This document shows, in pieces, positions 18,941-27,047 of a stretch of 64,000 bases of DNA. Both the position numbers and the translations under genes were made by a program. The stretch is from a virus. The DNA is taken from the IMG/VR virus record IMGVR_UViG_3300025423_000009, positions 32,001-96,000 of that record; one strand, 5' to 3'. The notes below the pieces were generated by a model that was not told where the DNA came from, made no database searches, and worked only from the letters and a program-made list of their open reading frames with translations. Each line of letters opens with the position of its first letter. Within the stretch, counting starts at the first letter, position 1.

Positions 18941-19141
18941 TTATAGGGTCTCATTTTTGAACAGAGATTTCAATCTTTTCCAAAACGACTTAAACCAAAA
19001 ATTTCTAATATGGCTACAAACAGGACAATACTCCAATTGATATTCAGCGGTATTAGTCCAGTGAAAGTGACGTTTTGAATGGTCACACGCGATTGATTGG
19101 GCTTCCATTGTTTTGTTAATATTTGTGTCTTTATCGTTCAT
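18941..19141 (-). CDS. Small hypothetical protein with C...H / CPVC motif
   Basis: AT-rich island; ATGA overlap with the YopX gene. Confidence 0.5.
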   Translation of the reverse strand: MNDKDTNINKTMEAQSIACDHSKRHFHWTNTAEYQLEYCPVCSHIRNFWFKSFWKRLKSLFKNETL

Positions 19142-19554
19142 TTTAGTAAATCCTTATTTTCAAATATGTTGCCAACCACCTCGAAATCGCACAAAACATC
19201 CACCATCGAATACCACCATGTATAATCTGCAGATTTGTATTTTCCAAAAGCAAACGCACAATCTTCAGATGAATACCACACCTCAGCATTTTTTACATTT
19301 TCGGCTTCAGGCCCATGAGTCATTCCATATTCAGTGAAATTTACAATATCACCTTCATATATCTCTTTACCATTTTTATCTTTGAGTCCTGTGTATTGTT
19401 GAATCACATAATCGCCATCATCAATATTGGATATTGTTATTTGATTGCCTGTGTGATGCCATAGTAATTGTCCACCACTACAGGAATAAAATGGAATATC
19501 CGTAAAATGTTTGGTGGTATTGCACCAGACTCTAAACTTAATTTCTCTATTCAT
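19138..19554 (-). CDS. YopX family protein
   Basis: MNREIKFRVW...QYTGLKDKNGKEIYEGDIV...FEVVGNIFENKDLL. Confidence 0.9.
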   Translation of the reverse strand: MNREIKFRVWCNTTKHFTDIPFYSCSGGQLLWHHTGNQITISNIDDGDYVIQQYTGLKDKNGKEIYEGDIVNFTEYGMTHGPEAENVKNAEVWYSSEDCAFAFGKYKSADYTWWYSMVDVLCDFEVVGNIFENKDLLK

Positions 19555-19562
19555 ATTTTATA

Positions 19563-20504
19563 TTATTCATTCCACATGCGACTGCGGTCCAGATCACCGA
19601 AGTCTTTCCACTTGCGCTGAGAGTTGATGCGCTTCACGTCAACCTTCGAGAGGTTGCGATTGATGTGAGCGTCCGAGCCGACATTGATGAATATCGCACC
19701 TGGCTTTCCGTCTTTGACGAATCCCTCCCATGCCTTGGCATCGTATGCGGCCGTGGACGGGAACGGCATAGTCTTGGCACACTTATGAGGAGTCAAAAAT
19801 GGCATCGTGGCCGAAACCACCTTGGCATCGCCGATCTCTCCCTTATGAATGTTTCGAGCCACGGCGACTCCATATGCTTGAGCCGTCGGCCATCCGATCT
19901 GCAATGCACGGACCATCGTGCCAGTAGAAACCGCACACCAGATTTCCGTGGGCTCATCGCCGATGATTTTTGTAATCGTATTGGCCATGTTGGCCAAGCC
20001 AGCCGTGACCATGGGGTTTCCGGTCAGACCAAATGGAAGGTATTGAGCATTGTTGGCCTCGGCCCACTTACGTGCATATGAGTTGAGAACCGGCATCGCG
20101 GCGATCTTGAAGAATCGAAGGTCTACATGTGAATACGCGGCCAGAGATCCTTGATGATTGGAAACTTCCGAGGATGCCGGACAGAAGAAGACGCACTTCT
20201 TACCATACATCTCCGCGAGCATCGCAATAGCATCCGGAGCATGACCCTGGCGAGGGGCGCAGTACACGAGCGTATCCTTATTCGTCTCGGCGATCACTCG
20301 CTCTCCGCCAAAGGCTTTTAGTCCACCTGGTGCCAGATCCGCGCGCAAAATGTACTTATCTCTAAAGCGTTCAACGATCGGCTCGGCGATCTTGGACTTA
20401 AACGTCCCCCAGATCTCCGCATAGTATTGTTTGGCCTCAGATCGAGACATGCCCATCGGAATATCCTTGTTGCTTCCATCCGTAACTATCGTATATGGTT
20501 TCAT
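19563..20504 (-). CDS. PLP-dependent enzyme, fold type II (PALP)
   Basis: RADLAPGGLKAFG (PLP lysine), WCAVSTGTM phosphate loop, IFINVG. Confidence 0.8.
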   Translation of the reverse strand: MKPYTIVTDGSNKDIPMGMSRSEAKQYYAEIWGTFKSKIAEPIVERFRDKYILRADLAPGGLKAFGGERVIAETNKDTLVYCAPRQGHAPDAIAMLAEMYGKKCVFFCPASSEVSNHQGSLAAYSHVDLRFFKIAAMPVLNSYARKWAEANNAQYLPFGLTGNPMVTAGLANMANTITKIIGDEPTEIWCAVSTGTMVRALQIGWPTAQAYGVAVARNIHKGEIGDAKVVSATMPFLTPHKCAKTMPFPSTAAYDAKAWEGFVKDGKPGAIFINVGSDAHINRNLSKVDVKRINSQRKWKDFGDLDRSRMWNE

Positions 20505-20511
20505 GGTAAAA

Positions 20512-21720
20512 TTATTTAGTGGGGAACTTATCAGGCACTCCGATCCAGTCCTTGAAGTCAGAATGGGATTGAACAAGCTTGATGTAGGCCTGTGGAGTCA
20601 GATTGTTCGCCTTCAGCACCTCGTCGTAATAGAAGTTCTGTGTTGAATCGTTGAACGTCTTCACGAGGCCGAGCTTAAGCATAGGAAGCTGACGACCGTA
20701 CGGATGAATGATCTTCGTGGAACTGAATACTCGATCTCGATCGATCGTATTGTAGGCTTCTCCCAGGCGAACATACGATGTCACCCAACGAATGTAGTCA
20801 CAGCAAACATCTTCGCAATCGTAAGGCACACTGCCGGTATCTTTGCATGCCATCTCCATGACCGAGTCTAGAAAGTCTTCGGTCTTCATCTTCTTGAGGG
20901 GACGAGCCAGGTACGAGATACATTCGATCGCATTGGAACCATAGAAGAACATCGAGTCGCGAACGACGTATTGAGGATACCAGTCGGCGATGTCGGCCAC
21001 GATCGCCGCGTACTGAAAGTGATACTGTCTCAGGCCATTTCGCACGTTCCAGTCAAGCATGAAGCTTCCGATCTCTCGAAGAGTCTTCTTCTGACCCTTC
21101 ACGAGCCAATCGGCCAGATCTCGTGCCAGTCGTGGAGCATACTCACAAAGGAAGTAGTCTCCTCCACGTTTGTACTTCGATGAAGGCTTGGGAAACGCCG
21201 GAAACTGATAACCCACGGATGTGTAGAATGAGTTCGACTCATGACGGACCATCTCGCACATATCCTCGATCGTCTTGGCTCGATGAAGCTTGAAGAGGAG
21301 AGTGTTATGGTACCCCGAAGGTTTCTGAGCATAGTTGATGCCAGAACCACACACTCGATGAAGGATGAAGATGTAGAGCCATTCGGCCAGAGAGAAGTCA
21401 TCATGCTTTCCAATCCAGTCATGAGCCACTTGACTCCTCTGCTCGGTGATCATTCCGGCTTGCATCTTCTTCCAGTACGGATGACGATCGGTCCATCCAT
21501 AGAAGACGTCATTGACGATCTGAGAGAATCCGGCATACTTACGCTCGACGACGTCGTACAGTTCGACGTGTTCCATGAGATCATCACCCATCTTCGATTC
21601 TCGATGAGTCATCATTCCATATGGAGGCAGAGAGGAGACATTGCACTTGGTCTGTTGCTCTCGAGCCAGATCGTAATACCGCAGAAAGTCCTGATAGTAT
21701 GGAGTCGCTTCAATTTTCAT
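20512..21720 (-). CDS. aGPT-Pplase / 5-hmU-kinase-helical (HhH-like) DNA base-modification protein, paralogue B
   Basis: LYDVVER, FILHRVCGS, YGSNAIECISYL and DCEDVCCDYIRW. Confidence 0.6.
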   Translation of the reverse strand: MKIEATPYYQDFLRYYDLAREQQTKCNVSSLPPYGMMTHRESKMGDDLMEHVELYDVVERKYAGFSQIVNDVFYGWTDRHPYWKKMQAGMITEQRSQVAHDWIGKHDDFSLAEWLYIFILHRVCGSGINYAQKPSGYHNTLLFKLHRAKTIEDMCEMVRHESNSFYTSVGYQFPAFPKPSSKYKRGGDYFLCEYAPRLARDLADWLVKGQKKTLREIGSFMLDWNVRNGLRQYHFQYAAIVADIADWYPQYVVRDSMFFYGSNAIECISYLARPLKKMKTEDFLDSVMEMACKDTGSVPYDCEDVCCDYIRWVTSYVRLGEAYNTIDRDRVFSSTKIIHPYGRQLPMLKLGLVKTFNDSTQNFYYDEVLKANNLTPQAYIKLVQSHSDFKDWIGVPDKFPTK

Positions 21721-22168
21721 AATATTGAATCCAATCGTATTCAATTCCGGCTTCCGCAAAGAGTTCTTTAGTAAAGTCACATGACTTAATCCATTGCTCG
21801 GCCACGATCTGTCGTGGAACGACCACGCGTTTAATACCAACCTGAATGATTCCCTTGGCACATTCAGAGCAAATTGGTAAGCCAGTGGCATAGAGAGTTG
21901 CTCCTTTCAGAGAAACACCATGTTCGACCGCGTTGTAGATCGCATTCATCTCGCCATGAACAATATACTTGTATTTGACTTCACGAACATTTAGACGATC
22001 TGGATTATCCTCAATTCCACTAGGAAAGCCATTGTAGCCAGTAGACAAAATCTTTCGATCTCGAACAACAACCGCTCCAATACGAGTCGATGGATCTTTG
22101 GACCATGATGCGACTTGTCGAGCCATGTCCAAAAATCTTATGTCCCATTTGTCGACTTCAGTTTGCAT
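21710..22168 (-). CDS. cd: dCMP deaminase
   Basis: SKDPSTRIGA, TGYNG, HGEMNA, PICSECAK. Confidence 0.92.
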   Translation of the reverse strand: MQTEVDKWDIRFLDMARQVASWSKDPSTRIGAVVVRDRKILSTGYNGFPSGIEDNPDRLNVREVKYKYIVHGEMNAIYNAVEHGVSLKGATLYATGLPICSECAKGIIQVGIKRVVVPRQIVAEQWIKSCDFTKELFAEAGIEYDWIQYYEN

Positions 22169-22904
22169 AGGGGCGTACTTTAGGATAGAACTTACGATAT
22201 TCTTCCTTACTTATCGAGTGCTGTCCAGTCAGATCGAAATGATCGATCAGATAGAACTGACTCGAATAGACATGTAAATTTCCAACGTTCCAGACGATGT
22301 GACCCAGATCGACGTTGGATTCCGTCAAACGATTGTAGTCATTCAGAAGCTTCTTCAATACATGAAGCTGCCAGGCGTAGTCGTTACGATATCCAGCCCA
22401 GGCATCGTTGCTTCGCATCGAGACGATGGCATGCATGGAATTCTCACGAATGAAGTACTGAACCGTGTTCGTGCAGATGAAATCCGACATGCCGTCCTTA
22501 CAGAAGTCTTCATGCATGGAAGGACGCGTGTAGATCATGATCGCACGACGTGAATTCTTATTGCAGATGAGTTCTCTCAGGCATCCGTCATATTGACTAC
22601 CATTCTCCTTCGACCAGATGCACCATCCATAGTTCGAGTTGATCAATCCATTGGGCGTCGCGATCTTCTTCCAGATCTCTGGAACCTTGGCGGGAATGTC
22701 ATTCACGTTTAGTGACTTTGACTCATACCATTGAAGCTCACGCTTCACGTAGTCGTCATTCACGGAGCCAAAGATCGTCGGCTCATCGGCCATGAATTGA
22801 ACTCCGATGATCTCGACGGTCAGAGCTCCGGTCTTGTCGATCGTGAAGTTCTCGTTCCTCAAAAGATCCGAGAACTCTTTGCGAATGTCATTGATGTTCC
22901 GCAT
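22158..22904 (-). CDS. 42: dCMP hydroxymethylase (T4 gp42 orthologue)
   Basis: DKTG..T.EIIG, RELQWY, INSNYGW, SRRAIMIYTRPSM, DFICTN, MRSND and RNDYAW; carries the Asp at the T4 D179 position that specifies dCMP. Confidence 0.92.
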   Translation of the reverse strand: MRNINDIRKEFSDLLRNENFTIDKTGALTVEIIGVQFMADEPTIFGSVNDDYVKRELQWYESKSLNVNDIPAKVPEIWKKIATPNGLINSNYGWCIWSKENGSQYDGCLRELICNKNSRRAIMIYTRPSMHEDFCKDGMSDFICTNTVQYFIRENSMHAIVSMRSNDAWAGYRNDYAWQLHVLKKLLNDYNRLTESNVDLGHIVWNVGNLHVYSSQFYLIDHFDLTGQHSISKEEYRKFYPKVRPYAN

Positions 22905-23269
22905 TATCCCTTGACCTCCTTCTTGGGACGATTAAAAATGTCATGATTTGCTTTTTGACCATCCATCTTGCCTCGACAGTATGAGACGATGAACGAGCAA
23001 TAGTTAGCCATGTCCTTGGCCGAGTCCTCGATCGATTCGAAGTTGGGTTGATAGTTTGGATCGTTTAGCATGGCTGAAACCACGGATTCCAAACGAAGCT
23101 TCTTGGCATGGACGATGTCCATCAGAGTCAAGATGCCATTTGGATAGTAATCGGCTTGCTTGATTCGAGACACGGCATTTTGATAGTCCACGCCTTTACG
23201 AGTCTGCAATTCAATGCATTCTTGTAAGACGCGAATCGATTCACGAGATGTTGATAGAATAGGTGACAT
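22904..23269 (-). CDS. Nucleotide-modification-associated domain protein (Nmad1/DUF1599-like)
   Basis: RKGVDYQN...ADYYP.G...K.LRL...FESIEDSAKDMANY. Confidence 0.7.
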   Translation of the reverse strand: MSPILSTSRESIRVLQECIELQTRKGVDYQNAVSRIKQADYYPNGILTLMDIVHAKKLRLESVVSAMLNDPNYQPNFESIEDSAKDMANYCSFIVSYCRGKMDGQKANHDIFNRPKKEVKG

Positions 23270-23282
23270 AAAATGAAGAGAC

Positions 23283-23311
23283 ATCATACGGCATTGAGCC
23301 GCTGAAGTACA
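23283..23311 (-). promoter_or_regulatory. Sigma70-type promoter TGTACT-N17-TATGAT at the head of the modification operon
   Basis: Same family at 15234-15262, 25369-25396, 31935-31963, 35467-35495 and 50763-50790. Confidence 0.65.
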
Positions 23312-23348
23312 GTAAATTGTTTCTCAGAGATAGTCCGGCTTCAGATGT

Positions 23349-23645
23349 TCATTTGTAGTAGTTTGGGTTGGTGCAGCAGCCGCAGCAGCCGTGCGTCGAG
23401 TCTTTTTGGGCGCGTTGGCAGTCGGGGTCGGGGTGGCCGACTCCGCAGCGGCAGATTCGTTCGGTGATGCCTCGGTCGGTGCGGTAGTTCAGCGGCCAGT
23501 AGCGCATCGTGTGGTTGCTCGGGTTGTGGACGGGGCAGTGGTTACCAGCGCAGGCGTCTGGGTCGTGGGTGACGAATGCCGACCAGTATTCCCGTTCGTG
23601 CGGCAATAGTTCGCCTGATCGTCCAAGCTTTTCTTTATTTGTCAT
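23349..23645 (-). CDS. Cys/His-rich metal-binding phage protein
   Basis: C...HCPVHNPSNH.M..W...R.C.CGVGHPDPD...HGCCGCC; GC-rich relative to its flanks. Confidence 0.65.
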   Translation of the reverse strand: MTNKEKLGRSGELLPHEREYWSAFVTHDPDACAGNHCPVHNPSNHTMRYWPLNYRTDRGITERICRCGVGHPDPDCQRAQKDSTHGCCGCCTNPNYYK

Positions 23646-23749
23646 GGGCGTTTTTGATGGTCGATGAAGTCCTTGATCAGGTATACGATCACGACTAAGT
23701 CGATGATGATTCCATTGATCGTGTAGATGTGTTGCATTGTATGTTGCAT
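23642..23749 (-). CDS. Small membrane protein (35 aa)
   Basis: Read by hand: MQHTMQHIYTINGIIIDLVVIVYLIKDF...; starts 6 nt after the tRNA-Glu CCA. Confidence 0.45.
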   Translation of the reverse strand: MQHTMQHIYTINGIIIDLVVIVYLIKDFIDHQKRP

Positions 23750-23755
23750 TGTAAA

Positions 23756-23830
23756 TGGCGACCCTACCGGGAATCGAACCCGGGCTACCTCCGTGAAAGG
23801 GAGGTGTCCTAACCGCTAGACCATAGGGTC
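23756..23830 (-). tRNA. tRNA-Glu(TTC)
   Basis: GACCCTA/TAGGGTC acceptor, CCTCC-CTTTCAC-GGAGG anticodon arm, GTTCGATT T-loop, CCA. Confidence 0.95.
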
Positions 23831-23836
23831 GATGGA

Positions 23837-24484
23837 TTAGTTATAGTTCTGAGTCTCGTCGTCTCGACACTCACGACAACGCAGAGCGATCCAGTGATTG
23901 GACCTCGACTTCACATCATGATTTGATCCACAGGCCTCGCATGTTCGTGCGGACCAGGACTCGGCCATGGAGATCAAGCCATCCACATATTCGTCCGAGA
24001 CATTCTTGTAGATACGCAGAGTTCCGAACTTCTCCTTGACCTGTTCAAAGGTAACTTGAGGATGAACCTTTCGACCAGAGAGCTCTTGGTAAAATATCCA
24101 TCTGGCGTCCCATCTGTCTTGAAAAGCCACCAGTTTCTTCCATTGACCGTCATATCGAGCATATTCAGGAGAACCATCTACCGGAAAGCTTTGTGGAACT
24201 CCGGCCTTCGTGATGAAGTGCCGATAAGCCCAACGTTCGATGAATCGATTGTAGAAGCGATGCCACTCACGAAATACCCAGTAAGTGATCGGACTATACT
24301 TAGGAACATATTCATCACGATCACAGTGATGTTGAATTTGTGCACAGAGTGTGTCGAGGATGTCATACCATCCGTCGTCACATTCGATTCCCCAGCACAT
24401 ACACGTCTCCGTCATTGGCTTCGACGCGGAGGCAAAGATCTTTGGATACTTGTCGTAAAGGGATTTTTGTTTTTTAGGTGTCAT
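23837..24484 (-). CDS. Conserved phage protein with C-terminal zinc ribbon
   Basis: ECDDGWYDIL...QVKEKFGTLRIY...TCEACG...C..C. Confidence 0.75.
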   Translation of the reverse strand: MTPKKQKSLYDKYPKIFASASKPMTETCMCWGIECDDGWYDILDTLCAQIQHHCDRDEYVPKYSPITYWVFREWHRFYNRFIERWAYRHFITKAGVPQSFPVDGSPEYARYDGQWKKLVAFQDRWDARWIFYQELSGRKVHPQVTFEQVKEKFGTLRIYKNVSDEYVDGLISMAESWSARTCEACGSNHDVKSRSNHWIALRCRECRDDETQNYN

Positions 24485-24498
24485 AATAAAAAAATCGA

Positions 24499-24577
24499 GC
24501 CGAATCGGAGTAAGCCGTTGTCGAGTGACTAGTATCTTACCGGACGGGGCATGGAGCCCCTTGTCCTCCGATTCGGC
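24499..24577 (-). ncRNA. Structured RNA closed by a perfect 12-bp stem, inside the tRNA cluster
   Basis: GCCGAATCGGAG/CTCCGATTCGGC with an internal GGGGC-TCCAT-GCCCC hairpin. Confidence 0.55.
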
Positions 24578-24581
24578 AAAT

Positions 24582-24656
24582 TGGGAGCAGGGGACGGAAT
24601 CGAACCGCCGACCTGGTGGTTATGAGCCACCCGATCTACCACTGATCTACCCTGCA
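24582..24656 (-). tRNA. tRNA-Met(CAT), initiator-like
   Basis: T1xT72 mismatch and A11-T24 pair; loop CTCATAA; CCA. Lacks three consecutive G-C pairs in the anticodon stem and has C73. Confidence 0.85.
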
Positions 24657-24663
24657 GTTAAAA

Positions 24664-24690
24664 TTTATTCTGAGATAATTCTATCATGAA
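24664..24690. repeat. 27-bp exact repeat TTTATTCTGAGATAATTCTATCATGAA, second copy at 9169-9195
   Basis: Direct comparison; contains the TAGAAT -10 box, but this copy has no -35 box. Confidence 0.8.
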
Positions 24691-24746
24691 AGGCCGCATC
24701 TCAGTCATTCGGCCACTTACTCACTTCCGCTACCGCTCTAAACATA

Positions 24747-24823
24747 TGGCGCGAGTGACGGGGCTCGAACCCGTAACCTCTGCCGTGACAGGGCAGCGCT
24801 CTAACCAATTGAGCTACACCCGC
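24747..24823 (-). tRNA. tRNA-Asp(GTC)
   Basis: 77-nt cloverleaf, CTGCC-CTGTCAC-GGCAG anticodon arm, G73, CCA. Confidence 0.95.
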
Positions 24824-24832
24824 TAAATTAAA

Positions 24833-24954
24833 TATCCCGCTGCAAGTGTCCACCGGAATTTTCAGCAGTATTTGCCCACTTGCACTTCGTTCGAGCTTTC
24901 CTCAGCGTATCGCCTAGTATATTCCCGAATCTCGTCCGGCAAAGGAACGGGATA
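24833..24954 (-). ncRNA. ~122-nt multibranched RNA between tRNA-Asp and the tRNA-like RNA
   Basis: Ends pair (ATCCCGTT/AGCGGGAT), stacked on GCAAGTG/CACTTGC, with several internal hairpins; no plausible ORF. Confidence 0.5.
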
Positions 24955-24957
24955 AAT

Positions 24958-25028
24958 TGGAGCGTCGCGGGCGGTTTCCCTGATCGATCAGAGAGGACGT
25001 CCTGTCCAATCGACTTGACCCGCAACGC
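24958..25028 (-). ncRNA. 71-nt tRNA-like RNA with Gly-type acceptor and encoded CCA
   Basis: GCGTTGCGGG/CCCGCGACGC 10-bp stem, then T and CCA; three short internal hairpins; no canonical D, anticodon or T loops. Confidence 0.65.
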
Positions 25029-25036
25029 ATTAAGAT

Positions 25037-25207
25037 TTAGGCCGGACGAGGACGATGGCCACAGATGTATGACTGCTCGAGCAAACTCGGACCCGGCTTG
25101 CCATATCGACTTGCCGACGCGGCCACCTTGGGCTTCTTGGACTTTCGCTTGGCACCGATGTCGACTTCGAGGATCGCAGGTTTATTACGTTTGGAGTTGT
25201 TGTTCAT
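25037..25207 (-). CDS. Small basic protein (56 aa)
   Basis: Read by hand: MNNNSKRNKPAILEVDIGAKRKSKKPK... Confidence 0.5.
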   Translation of the reverse strand: MNNNSKRNKPAILEVDIGAKRKSKKPKVAASASRYGKPGPSLLEQSYICGHRPRPA

Positions 25208-25359
25208 GTATGTTGTGATTTATCTATGACGATGGATTCAGACATGCATCGATCACAGTAGCAGTTGCCGTACTCATCTACACGCATCTGAAAGACGTCG
25301 TGTAGGTCGTGACAGCACTGGCACTCGATCAGTCCGTATGTCTGATCATCTTCGTCCAT
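25204..25359 (-). CDS. Small zinc-finger protein (51 aa)
   Basis: Read by hand: ECQCCH...CYCDRC; follows promoter 25369-25396; ATGA overlap. Confidence 0.55.
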   Translation of the reverse strand: MDEDDQTYGLIECQCCHDLHDVFQMRVDEYGNCYCDRCMSESIVIDKSQHT

Positions 25360-25404
25360 TGCCAGATCATATTACCATGAAAGGTTCAGAAGTACACGGC
25401 GAAA

Positions 25405-26397
25405 TTACGACAGAATTCGATCGACTCGAATCATCACTTGCTTGACGGCCATCCACATGTCGAGGTAAGTATAGGTTGCCAATCGTCCCAGGAAGATTGT
25501 CTTCCTCTCCGCATCAGCCAGCTTCTTGTATTCCATATAGACCTTCAGGCCTTCTCCGAATGGGATTGGATAGAACGGAACGTCTTCATTTCCGCAAGTC
25601 TGAGGATACTCCTCGGTGATGACAGTCAATCCTTCATGATTTGCAGTGAAGTAACCGTGATCGTACTTTCGAGTGTAGTCGTTCGTTCTATTGTTCTCGT
25701 TCTGAATGCAAAACGGCATGCGCTCACTCGTTACTTTATGAACGAATCTGAGAGAACGATAAGGAAGGACACCGAATCGAAAGTTGAAGTACTCGTCGAC
25801 CTTTCCAGTGTAGACGATCAGGTCTGTCGAGTGCTTCTTCCATTCGTCTGAGGCGCATCCGAGCTCTACAGGAATGCCTTCGAGCATGGCTTCGAACATT
25901 TTCGTGTATCCGTTTCGGGGAATGCACTGATACTTCTGGCCTTCGAACCAGGTGGGATCGTCACAATCCTTGGTCTTCGGGATGCGATTCGTGATGCTTG
26001 CTGGGATTTGATCGAACGGAACTCCCCATTGCTTTTCGGAGTACTCGCGAAACATATACTCAATGATCTCTTCCTGAGACAGCTCGCGACCAATCTCGGC
26101 GACGGTCTTTCGAGAATATGGAAGCGATACTAGCCCAAGGCGAGTGTTTCCCTTCGGCTGAAGCTTAAATGGAGTCCACTCTGTGAAACGGGATAGGAAT
26201 TCAAACACTCGCTCATCGTCCGTGTGAAAGACGTGAGGGCCATAGTTGTGAACCGTCACTCCACATACATTGGAATCATAGCAGTTACCGCCGATGTGCT
26301 TGCGCGAGTCGAAAATGCGGCACTCATGTCCAGCATCGGTCAGGAGTCGTGCGGCCGTGATACCAGAGAGGCCGCATCCGACGACGTTAACTTTCAT
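25405..26397 (-). CDS. glf: UDP-galactopyranose mutase
   Basis: GCGLSG FAD motif, HIGGNCYD, YGPHVFH, YQCIP..GY, PYRSL, PFYPI, LGRLATYTYLDM. Confidence 0.92.
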   Translation of the reverse strand: MKVNVVGCGLSGITAARLLTDAGHECRIFDSRKHIGGNCYDSNVCGVTVHNYGPHVFHTDDERVFEFLSRFTEWTPFKLQPKGNTRLGLVSLPYSRKTVAEIGRELSQEEIIEYMFREYSEKQWGVPFDQIPASITNRIPKTKDCDDPTWFEGQKYQCIPRNGYTKMFEAMLEGIPVELGCASDEWKKHSTDLIVYTGKVDEYFNFRFGVLPYRSLRFVHKVTSERMPFCIQNENNRTNDYTRKYDHGYFTANHEGLTVITEEYPQTCGNEDVPFYPIPFGEGLKVYMEYKKLADAERKTIFLGRLATYTYLDMWMAVKQVMIRVDRILS

Positions 26398-27047
26398 AGC
26401 TTTTCAAATTCAGGCAGACGTATGGTCTTCGACAGGATGTCGAGGAGATGGTTTCGTTTCTCAAATGTAGCCCGCCAATCTTTGAAGTTCTGCTGAGGAG
26501 AAAATTGCTTTTTCACTTGCACGAACGTCATTCCCCATGATTCCGGATAATGTTTCGACTCGACAAATTCAGTCTTTTGATCCAGACTCGAGATGCCGAA
26601 GAACGCTTTGACCGCTTCTTCTGGCCTTTCCCAGACTATGCCTCCGTACATATCGTGCTTGTCTTTCGGCCATGCGGTGTCATGGAATACGACATAGCCA
26701 CCTTCCCTGATGTGAGGGAACCAGAAGAATAGCTCACAAAGAACCTGCTCTTTGATGTGGCACGTGTCAATGAAGAGCAGGTCGATGGATCCTTTGTTCC
26801 AGTGTTTGCCGATCGTAACTGAGTCTCCGAGTATGAATGCATATCGTTCATGATTCGTCAGATAAGATGGAACCTGAGCAGAGTCAATGTCGACTCCGTG
26901 CACTCTATTATTTCGAGCAGAAGCATCGCGAATCATCATCATCGACGACTCTCCGCTTCTAACGCCTAGATCCACAAACATTCTGTCGGATCCAAGCGAA
27001 TCGACGGTTTGTGCTAGAATCTCTTGATTTGGTCCTAGATCGTTCAT
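26394..27047 (-). CDS. Class I SAM-dependent methyltransferase (Methyltransf_24-like)
   Basis: VDLGVRSGES, GVDID, GDS, LLFIDTCH, GGYVVFHD. Confidence 0.85.
   Translation of the reverse strand: MNDLGPNQEILAQTVDSLGSDRMFVDLGVRSGESSMMMIRDASARNNRVHGVDIDSAQVPSYLTNHERYAFILGDSVTIGKHWNKGSIDLLFIDTCHIKEQVLCELFFWFPHIREGGYVVFHDTAWPKDKHDMYGGIVWERPEEAVKAFFGISSLDQKTEFVESKHYPESWGMTFVQVKKQFSPQQNFKDWRATFEKRNHLLDILSKTIRLPEFEKL

Noticed and set aside
22158-22904. Thymidylate synthase or dUMP hydroxymethylase
   Set aside because: The sequence follows T4 gp42 closely and has Asp, not Asn, at the pyrimidine-specificity position
24691-24722. Apparent 5' half of a tRNA-Leu/Ser or a TCA suppressor
   Set aside because: No anticodon stem, T arm or 3' acceptor strand; equally explained by a GGCCG/CGGCC hairpin next to the 27-bp repeat
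24880-24910. CTGAGGA / GAGGAAAG resembling a hammerhead core or RNase P P4
   Set aside because: No stem II followed by GAAA, and no matching RNase P 3' P4 strand
24880-25218. Plus-strand 112-aa ORF across the tRNA cluster
   Set aside because: It overlaps structured RNAs and a minus-strand ORF and has no recognisable protein features
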